Shown: one piece after another, positions 9,421 through 17,512 of the stretch | Position numbering within the stretch: position 1 is the stretch's first letter | Layout of the letters: each line of letters starts with the position of its first letter | DNA from: Trueperaceae bacterium | Lineage (GTDB): Bacteria; Deinococcota; Deinococci; Deinococcales; Trueperaceae | Reading direction: 5' to 3' | Assembly: GCA_040905465.1 (NCBI GenBank) | Contig: JBBDRK010000036.1 | Span: 73,244 to 137,243, forward strand | Length of the DNA stretch: 64,000 bases | The notes under the pieces: model-generated | The model's input: only the letters and a program-made list of their open reading frames with translations | What the model was told of the DNA's origin: nothing | The model's database searches: none | Program-made: the position numbers and the translations under genes

Positions 9421-10845
9421 ATGTCGGTACGCATCGGATTCGTGGCGGTAATACGTCCGCTGTTCAAGGGGCACTCCCCGGATGCGGCCGAGCGAAGCCG
9501 CCAAGGGCTCCTCCGGCTCGGTAGGGAGCTCGGCTTCGAGCTGATGACGCCGGCCCTGGCCCAGGACGTGACCCACATTGCGACGGGAACTCCGTTGCCG
9601 GCCTTCGCGATCCACGACCAGGAGAGCGCTGAGCATGCGGCCGCACGATTGAACGATGCCGACCTAGACCTGCTGCTGGTCCAGCACACTACCTTCGCCA
9701 CCGGCGAGCTGCTGGCGCCGCTTCTGCGGCTGCCGCTGCCGCTGGCTTTGTGGGCGCTGCCCGAAGCGGCGGGCGGACGTGGAGAGCAGGGTCCGCTGCC
9801 ACTCAACTCGCTTTGTGGCGTGAACATGACCGTGAGCTTCTCCGGCCGCGAGCCGGTGGGCCGCGAACTGCCGGTCAAGTGGCTGTACGGCGAGGCCGAC
9901 TCCTCGTGGTTTCGTAGTCGCCTGCAACCGACGCTGGTGGCGTTGCGCGCGCTACGGGCGCTGCGGGGCGCCAGCGTGCTGCAGATCGGCGGCACGGCAC
10001 CTCACTTCTACGGCCTGGAAGAGGATCCGGTCGTCGCCGATGTGCGCGTGGAACGAATGGCGCTGGCCGAGCTGTTCGACGAAGTGGCGCGCGTGCCGGC
10101 AGCCGACGCCGCGGCCCTGGCACGGGACTGGCGCGAGCGCGAAGCCGTGGCGGTCGATCAGGAGCAACTCGAGCGCGCGGCGGCACTCGAGCTGGCGTTA
10201 GGCGAGCTGGTAGCCGGCAATGGCCACGCAGCGGTAGCCCTGCGCTGCTGGCCGGAGCTTCCGGACCGCTGCGCAACTATGGCCTGTTCGACTCTGGCGC
10301 GTCTCGGTGACGGGCGCGTGGCGGCAGCCTGCGAAGGGGACGTGATGGGAGCGGTCTCGATGCTCGCCCTGCAGGGAGCGACCGGCGACGGGGCGCTGTT
10401 GCTCGACCTTTCCGACCTCGACGACGAGCGCGGCGTTCTCTTCTGGCATTGCGGGAACAGCCCGCTCAGCTGGGCCGGCGAGTCAGGCGCCCTTCTGGCG
10501 ACACACTTCAACCGCGACGGCGTCGGTACCGTGCGCGACATGGTGATCAGGCCGGGACCGGCGACCGGTTTCCGGCTGCTGGACGGCGGCAGGCGAGCCC
10601 TGCTGTTCGGCGGCAGCTTCACCGGGGAGGTCATCGGCTTCGACGGCGTGCGCGGCTGGCTGCGCGACATCAGTTGGGACGGCAGGGCGCTGACACCGCG
10701 GCGGTTCCTCGGCAACGTGCTGGACCAGCGAGTACCGCACCATTTCGCGTTCGGCAGCGGCGACGTGAGCGAGGGCCTGCGGGAGCTGTGCGGCTGGCTC
10801 GGCAGCGCGCCGCTGCCGGCGGGGCCGGAGCGCAACACGCTCTGA
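9421..10845 (+). CDS. L-fucose/L-arabinose isomerase family protein
   Basis: NSLCG, ALRCWPE, ACEGD, FWHCG and HH motifs; leaderless -10 TAGTCT at 9410-9415. Confidence 0.75.
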   Translation: MSVRIGFVAVIRPLFKGHSPDAAERSRQGLLRLGRELGFELMTPALAQDVTHIATGTPLPAFAIHDQESAEHAAARLNDADLDLLLVQHTTFATGELLAPLLRLPLPLALWALPEAAGGRGEQGPLPLNSLCGVNMTVSFSGREPVGRELPVKWLYGEADSSWFRSRLQPTLVALRALRALRGASVLQIGGTAPHFYGLEEDPVVADVRVERMALAELFDEVARVPAADAAALARDWREREAVAVDQEQLERAAALELALGELVAGNGHAAVALRCWPELPDRCATMACSTLARLGDGRVAAACEGDVMGAVSMLALQGATGDGALLLDLSDLDDERGVLFWHCGNSPLSWAGESGALLATHFNRDGVGTVRDMVIRPGPATGFRLLDGGRRALLFGGSFTGEVIGFDGVRGWLRDISWDGRALTPRRFLGNVLDQRVPHHFAFGSGDVSEGLRELCGWLGSAPLPAGPERNTL

Positions 10846-10861
10846 CCCGCCGCACGAAGCT

Positions 10862-12358
10862 CTAAACAGCGCCTGCGTCCGGCTGCCGCTGGTCGTTCTC
10901 GACCCGCCGCCGCAGCGCCAGCGTGCCCCCGCGGAACGAATAGGCCTCGTAACCCAACTGTTGCAGCACCTCGGCGGCGTGAGCGCTTTGCATGCCGTGG
11001 GCGCAGTACAGGACGTAGCTTCGCCCCTTGTCGAGACTGCGAGGAGACCGCACCAGTTCGGCCGGGTCGCGGTGCAGCGAGCCGGGCAGGTGCCAGGCGC
11101 GGCGGTGGTGCTCGCTCTGGCAATCGAGCACCACGGCGGCGTCCGGAATCGAGTCGACGAACAGGTAGGGCAGCATCAGGTCGGACGGCTCCAGGGCACG
11201 TAGCTTGAGCTCCCGTGCCCTGTCCACGGCGCGGGTCGCCAACTGCCCATCGAGCCGGCTCTCCTGCCGGTCCACTACGTCCGGATCGGCTGCGACCACC
11301 GGTCGACCGGAGGCGATGGCGCAATACTCGTGCACGCGAGCCGACAGCACCTCGGTGCCCACCAGCTCCGCCTGCTTCATGATCTCGCGCTTGTCCACTC
11401 CCACCAGTGGTCGGAGCACGGGCAGTCCGGAGGCGCCCTCGATCACTCGCAGGTTCGTGAGCGTCTGCGACGACACCTGGCCTATCGACTCGCCGGTTAC
11501 CAGCGCCTCGCACGCCAGCCGCCCGGCCAGCTGCGACGCGGCTCGGTACATGAGGCGCTTGAGCAGAACCTGCCAGTAGTCCTCGCGAGCGTTGGCGCGC
11601 AGGTCGTCCAGCGCGGGAGCGAAGTCGACGACGTAAAGGCTCGGCCGCGCCCCGTGACACCACCTGTCTGCGAGGAGCTTCACGACCTGGGCAACCATCC
11701 GCTCGTATGCTGCGCCACCGAGGTTGAACAACACGAATTCCAGCTCCACCCCGCGCCTTAGCACCTGCCACGACGCCACCGCCGAATCGTAGCCCCCAGA
11801 GATCAGGGCCAGCGCCCGCGATTCGGTGCCCGCCGGCAGGCCACCCGGCCCCGGCAGCCGAGCCTCGAACAGGTACGCCCGGTCGTTTAACACCTCCACC
11901 CGCACCTCGAACTCCGGGGTGTCGAGATCGACCGGCCCATAACGGACGAGCGCGGCGCCGAGCTCCCTGGCCACGTCCATCGAGGAGAAGGCGTGCTGGC
12001 CAAGCCGTTTGGCCCGCACCGCGAAGCTGCGTCCCGCGATCAGATGGGCGAAGGCGGCGTGACCGGCCTCGGCTATCGCAGCGGGATCGGCGGTGCAGGT
12101 GGCGCGCACCGGCGAATACGTGCCGACCCCGAAGACCCGGCCGAGGGCTTCCTCTGCGACCTCCAGCGGTCCCTCCTCGATATACACGAAGAGCCTGCTG
12201 GGCCTGCGGCGCACCCGGCACCGCAAGCCGTTGCGCTGAAGCGCGTCCTGAACCGAACTCCGCAACGCTCTCATGAAGCGCTCCCGAGTGCGCTTAGACT
12301 TCAGCGTCACCTCGGCGGCGGGCCGGACGACTATCAGGCGCTCAAACAGATCGGCCAT
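10862..12358 (-). CDS. thiI: tRNA 4-thiouridine synthase ThiI (THUMP + PP-loop + rhodanese)
   Basis: GPGGLPAG, LISGGYDS, TGESIGQVSSQTL.NL, LRPL; C-terminal rhodanese YCAHGMQS. Confidence 0.93.
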   Translation of the reverse strand: MADLFERLIVVRPAAEVTLKSKRTRERFMRALRSSVQDALQRNGLRCRVRRRPSRLFVYIEEGPLEVAEEALGRVFGVGTYSPVRATCTADPAAIAEAGHAAFAHLIAGRSFAVRAKRLGQHAFSSMDVARELGAALVRYGPVDLDTPEFEVRVEVLNDRAYLFEARLPGPGGLPAGTESRALALISGGYDSAVASWQVLRRGVELEFVLFNLGGAAYERMVAQVVKLLADRWCHGARPSLYVVDFAPALDDLRANAREDYWQVLLKRLMYRAASQLAGRLACEALVTGESIGQVSSQTLTNLRVIEGASGLPVLRPLVGVDKREIMKQAELVGTEVLSARVHEYCAIASGRPVVAADPDVVDRQESRLDGQLATRAVDRARELKLRALEPSDLMLPYLFVDSIPDAAVVLDCQSEHHRRAWHLPGSLHRDPAELVRSPRSLDKGRSYVLYCAHGMQSAHAAEVLQQLGYEAYSFRGGTLALRRRVENDQRQPDAGAV

Positions 12359-12414
12359 CGCCTCACGATACGGCGTCGCGCACCGTCGCGCTGTCGGCCG
12401 CGTCCGAGGTCAGA

Positions 12415-12557
12415 GCGGTGAACTCACGGCGACACTGTCAATGCGACATGTCAAGGCAACTCGGTAAAGGCGACTGGGTCAAGTCGACTGGGGTTACGGC
12501 GACTGGGTCACGACCACGACAGGGTCAAGCCGACTGGGTCAAGCCGACTGGGTCACG
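12415..12557. repeat. Degenerate ~14-bp tandem repeat, about 10 units (consensus SCGACTGGGTCAMG)
   Basis: Units such as GCGACTGGGTCAAG (12470), GCGACTGGGTCACG (12499), CCGACTGGGTCAAG (12530), CCGACTGGGTCACG (12544); more degenerate leftwards. Confidence 0.85.
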
Positions 12558-13641
12558 GTGCCTGGCCGGGGAGCAGAAGCGGGCCGTCCATGCCAGGCAA
12601 TACCGTAAACCCATCGAACTGAGTCACCAGCGACCCGGCGGCCTCGCCGACCTGCACGTCCGACTGCCGGCCCGCGGGGAGGTAGATGAGGAGGTGTCCC
12701 GGACCTATCTCGGCGTTTCGGTAGTGGTTGCCGTTCACGAACACCACCAGGTCAGCAGGACCGGCGTCGTACTCGAGCTCCAGCCGGACGATCTGGCCAC
12801 GTGCCTCGCTGGCGCTCACGCCGGCAATCGTCAACGACGAGCGCGGCATGCTTCCGTCGGCGCGCCAACTCCCGGTCTCCGGTGTGATCCAGCCGCCGTC
12901 CTGAATCACATAGTGACCGGCGTCGTCCAGTGCCGTGGCCATGACCAACTGCTGCGCTTCGCTGCTGTCGGTGTGCAGTACCAGTTCGCTCGTGCCGGGC
13001 TCCAGCGTGAGGACCTCGCCGGTGGTGCCGGCCAGCCGTGGCAGCACCGTGAGCCTGGTGGGCACCTCCAGCAGGACGTTGAGCTCGAATCCGCCGCGCG
13101 GCTCACGGTTCACCGTGGCACGTCGCAGCGTCCGGGGCAGACGGCCGAACACCTGAGCCACCAGCGTCTCGCCCCCGGCTCCTGTCGCCACTCCGAATCC
13201 GACATGGGTGTAGCCGGTATGCAGGAGCGCCGCGCGATGTCCCGGGCTCTCCAGCCAGCCCTGGACCGCCGCCGTAGCCACGTCCTGGGGTCCCCGCAAC
13301 AGTGCCAGGTTCTCGCCGGCCGTCACGCTGGGCACACCGGCGCGAGCCAGTCGGCGCGAAAGCGAGGAGCTTTCGGGGCTGGGGCTGCTGTGTGAGAAGT
13401 AGGCGAGGTTTGCCATCTCGATGGCGTGGGCGCGCGCCGCTCGCGCCAGCCCTTCGTCGTGGCCGAGGGGCGGCAGGCCATGCCGGGCTCTGGCTTCGTT
13501 AGTGGTCACGAGCAACGCAGCTTCCGCTGGCCCACTGCTTGGTGGGTCGGTCACAACCGGAAGACCGTTGGCGGCGGCGACCGACAGGAACAAGAGCAGA
13601 ACGACGAGGCGGGCCACGAGGCAGTGTACGGCCGGCTCCAT
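12553..13641 (-). CDS. Secreted CAP (SCP/cysteine-rich secretory) domain protein
   Basis: Signal peptide; NEARARHGLPPL, AHAIEMA..YFSH, GENLA, WLESPGHRAALL. Confidence 0.85.
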   Translation of the reverse strand: MEPAVHCLVARLVVLLLFLSVAAANGLPVVTDPPSSGPAEAALLVTTNEARARHGLPPLGHDEGLARAARAHAIEMANLAYFSHSSPSPESSSLSRRLARAGVPSVTAGENLALLRGPQDVATAAVQGWLESPGHRAALLHTGYTHVGFGVATGAGGETLVAQVFGRLPRTLRRATVNREPRGGFELNVLLEVPTRLTVLPRLAGTTGEVLTLEPGTSELVLHTDSSEAQQLVMATALDDAGHYVIQDGGWITPETGSWRADGSMPRSSLTIAGVSASEARGQIVRLELEYDAGPADLVVFVNGNHYRNAEIGPGHLLIYLPAGRQSDVQVGEAAGSLVTQFDGFTVLPGMDGPLLLPGQAP

Positions 13642-13718
13642 GGGGCGCAGCGAGAGGTATTTCGCGTCGGCCGCGCAAACCCGCCCCGATGTGCGGCGCC
13701 CGTCGTCGCGTTGCGCTC

Positions 13719-13748
13719 TTGACAGCCGGGGTCCCGCCCCACTATCGT
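13719..13748 (+). promoter_or_regulatory. Sigma70-type promoter of the RIO kinase leader
   Basis: TTGACA (13719-13724), 18-nt spacer, TATCGT (13743-13748). Confidence 0.6.
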
Positions 13749-13778
13749 TGCCGCAACCTCAGGAAAGGTGGTGGTGTC

Positions 13779-13856
13779 ATGGGCATCCCGAAGATTGTCT
13801 TCTTACGTTTCGACAGGCACGCGCGCCTTTCCGTACCGTCCAACCCTCACAACTGA
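13779..13856 (+). CDS. Putative 25-aa leader peptide MGIPKIVFLRFDRHARLSVPSNPHN
   Basis: AGGAAAGGTGGT SD-like element just after the promoter, then ATG; lies inside a structured leader. Confidence 0.55.
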   Translation: MGIPKIVFLRFDRHARLSVPSNPHN

Positions 13857-13970
13857 CGGCCGAGCCGAACTGCTCGATCTGAAAGGCGGCGCCCCGCATC
13901 GGGGCGAGTGGCCCGATCTGTCGCGGCCTCCGCGTGTCCCCCTGCCCGACCCATTCATCGGAGGACACGC
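13811..13970 (+). promoter_or_regulatory. Structured 5' leader with an SD-sequestering helix (putative translational attenuator)
   Basis: Complementary pairs 13811-16/13918-23, 13824-31/13881-88, 13836-40/13855-59, 13861-65/13872-76, 13890-96/13900-06; GCGTGTCC 13932-39 pairs with GGACACGC 13963-70, overlapping the GGAGG SD. Confidence 0.55.
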
Positions 13971-14834
13971 TTGAAGCGAGTTGATTACGAGTTCGGCGAC
14001 AGCGAGGAACGCTTCGCCCGCCGCAAGGACCGGCGCGTTCCGCGCGGGCACGTCCGGAAAAACGACCTGCTGGTCGACGAGGAGTACGCCGTTGCCAGCG
14101 GCCGGCGATTCACCGATCCCGAGTTGCAGCACCTCTACGAGCGACGCAAGATCGACGAGTTGCTCGGCGAGGTCAAGGGCGGAAAGGAGGCGACCGTATA
14201 CCTGGTCAGTGGCCCCGAGGGTCTCATGGCGGCCAAGGTCTATGCCGACCTGCGAGTGCGCGCGTTTCGAAACGACGGCGTCTACCGCAACGGGCGCTGG
14301 ATCGGCGACCCACGCATCGAGAAGGCGATCAGTCAGCGTAGCGCTCAGGGGCTCGCGGCTCAGCAGGACCTGTGGGTACTGCACGAGTACGTTCAGTTGT
14401 GGGAGCTCCACGACGCGGGGTTGCCGGTGCCGAAGCCGATGATCGGACCGGACAAGGTGGACCTGGCCGACGCCGGTCGGGTAGTCCTGATGGAATACGT
14501 CGGCGATGACAGCGGCCCTGCCCCGCGACTGTCCGACGTTCGCCTCGAGGCGGCCGAGGCGCGAGCTGCGTTCGCGCAGAGCGTCGAAATCGCCGCCTCG
14601 CTGAATGCGCTGGGAAAGGTGCACGGCGACCTGTCGACCTACAACCTGCTTTGGTGGCAGGAAAAGGTGGTGGTTATCGACTTTCCGCAGATGGTAGACC
14701 TGACCGAAAACCCCGACGCGCTGAAACTGCTCGAGCGCGATGTCGTCAACCTGTGCCGGACGTTCCGGTCCCTGGGTATCGACGCCGACGCCAGACATAC
14801 CCTCGACACGGTTCGACGCGAAGGTGCCGGATGA
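13971..14834 (+). CDS. RIO1-family atypical Ser/Thr kinase, copy 1
   Basis: GGKEATVY, AAKVY, VHGDLSTYNLL, VIDFPQ, LLERDV; GGAGG plus TTG start. Confidence 0.9.
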   Translation: MKRVDYEFGDSEERFARRKDRRVPRGHVRKNDLLVDEEYAVASGRRFTDPELQHLYERRKIDELLGEVKGGKEATVYLVSGPEGLMAAKVYADLRVRAFRNDGVYRNGRWIGDPRIEKAISQRSAQGLAAQQDLWVLHEYVQLWELHDAGLPVPKPMIGPDKVDLADAGRVVLMEYVGDDSGPAPRLSDVRLEAAEARAAFAQSVEIAASLNALGKVHGDLSTYNLLWWQEKVVVIDFPQMVDLTENPDALKLLERDVVNLCRTFRSLGIDADARHTLDTVRREGAG

Positions 14835-14949
14835 CGCTGGCCGGACGACGGAAGCGGTTCGACCCGGTCCGCCAGCGGCTCCCCGGGCAGGCGGCAGACC
14901 GCGACCCCGCTCCCGGTGATCGGCCGGCGGCGACCCTATGGTGAAGACG

Positions 14950-15405
14950 ATGAGCGACAGAGCTGAACGCAAGTACAACCAGGAGGAGCGGGACCTGTTG
15001 ATGGACGCCGCAGCCACGGTACTGTTGGCCACCGTAGCTGCGGATCGTTCGGGACCGGTAGAGTACTTCGCCGAGATGACGGCCGCCGGAACATTCCTAT
15101 ACGAGGCTCGGGGCCGTTACCGGGACAACGCCTTGGTGCAGGAGCTCTACGGGCGCCAGGAGGAGAATGGCACGGCGCCGGAGCCCGAGAGCGTTACCCA
15201 GGAGACGCTCCTGAGCAACATCGACAGGGTCTCCGGGCTGCTGAGACGAGACCGGGAAGGAATCGAGTTCCGGCGCTTCCTGCTCGAGCTGGCGGAACGG
15301 GTGGCGAAGGCGTCGAGAACCGGCTGGTTCGGTCCCCGCGTTTCGGCAGAGGAAGAAAAGTTCCTGGCCGACTTGCGACACCGGCTGGGCCTGCCGGAGC
15401 AGTGA
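14950..15405 (+). CDS. Hypothetical helical protein, possibly TerB-like
   Basis: C-terminal AERVAKAS..GWFG.RVSAEE..FL..L...LG pattern; leaderless -10 TATGGT at 14937-14942. Confidence 0.6.
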   Translation: MSDRAERKYNQEERDLLMDAAATVLLATVAADRSGPVEYFAEMTAAGTFLYEARGRYRDNALVQELYGRQEENGTAPEPESVTQETLLSNIDRVSGLLRRDREGIEFRRFLLELAERVAKASRTGWFGPRVSAEEEKFLADLRHRLGLPEQ

Positions 15406-15454
15406 AGGGCAACTGCCCCACCTGCCGCCCGCCTGGCGGAGCCTATACTGCGGC

Positions 15455-16327
15455 GTGAGCGACGACGACTTCGACGGTAGCGAGGAGCGCTTCGGTGGCC
15501 GCAAGGACCGCCGGCGTCCCAAACGTGGCCGGCAGCGCAGTGAGTTGGTCGGCACCGGCGAGGCCGGCGACCGCTCCGACTTCGCCGACGCGGGACTTAG
15601 CGCGCTCCATGCCCAGGGAGCCCTGGTGTCGCTGGGGCGTCAGGTCCGCGGCGGCAAGGAAGCCACCGTCTACCGGGCCGAGGGTCCGGAGGGCCCGCTG
15701 GCGGCAAAGGTCTACAGCGACGACGAGGTGCGAGGCTTCCAGGCCGACAAGGCGTACCTGGAGGGTCGCCGGGTGTCCGACCGGCGAGTACGCAAGATGC
15801 TCGGCGACGCGCGCCGTCGGGGACTGAGCCCGCGACTCGCTCACTGGGTCTTTCACGAGTACGTGATGCTATGGCGACTGTTCGAGGCCGGCTTCACGGT
15901 GCCGCGGCCGGCGGTAGGTCCGGAAGCGGACCGGCTGGTTGCGGCCGGCCGGGTAGTGCTGATGGAGTGGATCGGCGACGACGAGCCGGCCCCGCGCCTG
16001 GCGGACACTCAGCTGGACCCCGCCGAAGCGGAAGCGGCATGGGCACAGTCACGAGGTCTCCTCTTGGATCTGCTGAAGGAGGGACTGGTTCACGGCGACC
16101 TTTCTACCTTCAATCTTCTCTGGTGGCGGGAAGGGATCGTGCTGATCGATCTGCCGCAGACGGTCGAGTTCGAGCGTAACCAGCACGCGGCCGAGCTCCT
16201 CGAACGCGACGCTCGCTCGCTGTGCTCTTCGTTCCGCTCGTTCGGCATACAGCAGGACCCGGTACAGCTCCTCCTCGACGTTCGGCTGGCGGCCGGTCTG
16301 CCGCCGTCCGGTCCGCTGACCCGCTGA
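15455..16327 (+). CDS. RIO1-family atypical Ser/Thr kinase, copy 2
   Basis: GGKEATVY, AAKVY, VHGDLSTFNLL, LIDLPQ; leaderless -10 TATACT at 15444-15449. Confidence 0.9.
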   Translation: MSDDDFDGSEERFGGRKDRRRPKRGRQRSELVGTGEAGDRSDFADAGLSALHAQGALVSLGRQVRGGKEATVYRAEGPEGPLAAKVYSDDEVRGFQADKAYLEGRRVSDRRVRKMLGDARRRGLSPRLAHWVFHEYVMLWRLFEAGFTVPRPAVGPEADRLVAAGRVVLMEWIGDDEPAPRLADTQLDPAEAEAAWAQSRGLLLDLLKEGLVHGDLSTFNLLWWREGIVLIDLPQTVEFERNQHAAELLERDARSLCSSFRSFGIQQDPVQLLLDVRLAAGLPPSGPLTR

Positions 16328-16405
16328 GGAGGGCCGCCGGTCCTCCAGAGACGATTGTCGTTGCGGTTGCGTCTCTCCCGCTTGACTCCACCTACGCTAT
16401 GTCCC

Positions 16406-17491
16406 ATGGTTAGCGAACCGAGGGCGGGGATTCGAGAAGCAGGACTTCGCTATGTGAGCGACGACAGAACCGGCATCAGCCGACGGCGACGCGGCAAGGG
16501 CTTCAGCTATCACCGTTCGGATGGAGAGCTCATTCGCGATCCCGACGAGCGCCGGCGGATCGATGGCCTGGCGATCCCGCCTGCATATCGCGACGTCTGG
16601 ATCTGCCCGGATGCGCGCGGCCACCTGCAGGCCACGGGCAGGGACGACAAGGGGCGCAAGCAGTACATCTATCATCCACAGTGGCAGGTGTTGCGCGGTC
16701 GGAACAAATTCGAACATCTGCTCACTTTTGCCGAGGTATTGCCTGGCATCCGCCACCGGGTACAGCGTGACCTCGGCCGCGAGGGGATGTCACGCGAGAA
16801 GGTGCTGGCCGCGGTGGTGACCCTGCTGGAATCGACGCTGGCCAGGGTCGGCAATACCTCTTATGCCCGCGACAACGGTTCCTACGGGCTCACGACCATC
16901 CGCAAGAGACACGTGGAGGTCGATGAGAATGCCGTGGTGTTCGAGTTTCAGGGCAAGGGCGGCCAGGAATGGCGGGTGCAGACGGACGACGAGCGGATCG
17001 CGGAGGTAGTGCGGCAGTGCGTCGAGATCCCGGGTTACGAGCTTTTCAAGTATTTCGACGACCAGGGCACGAAGCGCGACGTCGACTCCGGAGATGTGAA
17101 CGACTATCTGCGCGAACTTGCCGGGAAGGAGATCACTGCCAAGGACTTCCGGACCTGGGCGGGCACAGTGCTGTGCGCCGAAGCGCTCTGCGAACAACCG
17201 TTCGCGAGCGACAGCCAGGCGCGCAAGAACGTCGTGGCGGCGGTGAAGAGGGTTGCCGGCACGCTCGGCAACACCCCCAGTGTGTGCCGTGAGAGCTATG
17301 TGCATCCCGTCGTGATCGAGACCTATCTGGAGGGTGCGCTGGTCGAGTCGCTGCGAACCGAGGCGCCTCGGAAGATAGCGGCGGCCGATGAGCAGGCGCT
17401 CTCCGGCAACGGCAAGGCCGGCGGACGATTGCTCCGCGGGATCGAGGCGGGAGTCCTGCGGTTGCTCGGCCTGCGGGCCGGGAACAGTTGA
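16406..17491 (+). CDS. DNA topoisomerase IB (bacterial, poxvirus-like)
   Basis: LQATGRD.KGRKQY.YH, RVGN, KDFRTW, LGNTPSVCRESYVHP (catalytic Tyr); -10 TACGCT at 16393-16398. Confidence 0.93.
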   Translation: MVSEPRAGIREAGLRYVSDDRTGISRRRRGKGFSYHRSDGELIRDPDERRRIDGLAIPPAYRDVWICPDARGHLQATGRDDKGRKQYIYHPQWQVLRGRNKFEHLLTFAEVLPGIRHRVQRDLGREGMSREKVLAAVVTLLESTLARVGNTSYARDNGSYGLTTIRKRHVEVDENAVVFEFQGKGGQEWRVQTDDERIAEVVRQCVEIPGYELFKYFDDQGTKRDVDSGDVNDYLRELAGKEITAKDFRTWAGTVLCAEALCEQPFASDSQARKNVVAAVKRVAGTLGNTPSVCRESYVHPVVIETYLEGALVESLRTEAPRKIAAADEQALSGNGKAGGRLLRGIEAGVLRLLGLRAGNS

Positions 17492-17512
17492 GGCCGGAGC
17501 GGCCGCTGCCCC

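Noticed and set aside
10158-12221. 687-aa minus-strand ORF
   Set aside because: Arg/Gly/Ala-rich shadow frame overlapping thiI and the isomerase gene; typical high-GC artefact
12415-12557. CRISPR array
   Set aside because: Units are ~14 bp and contiguous with no unique spacers; no cas genes in the window
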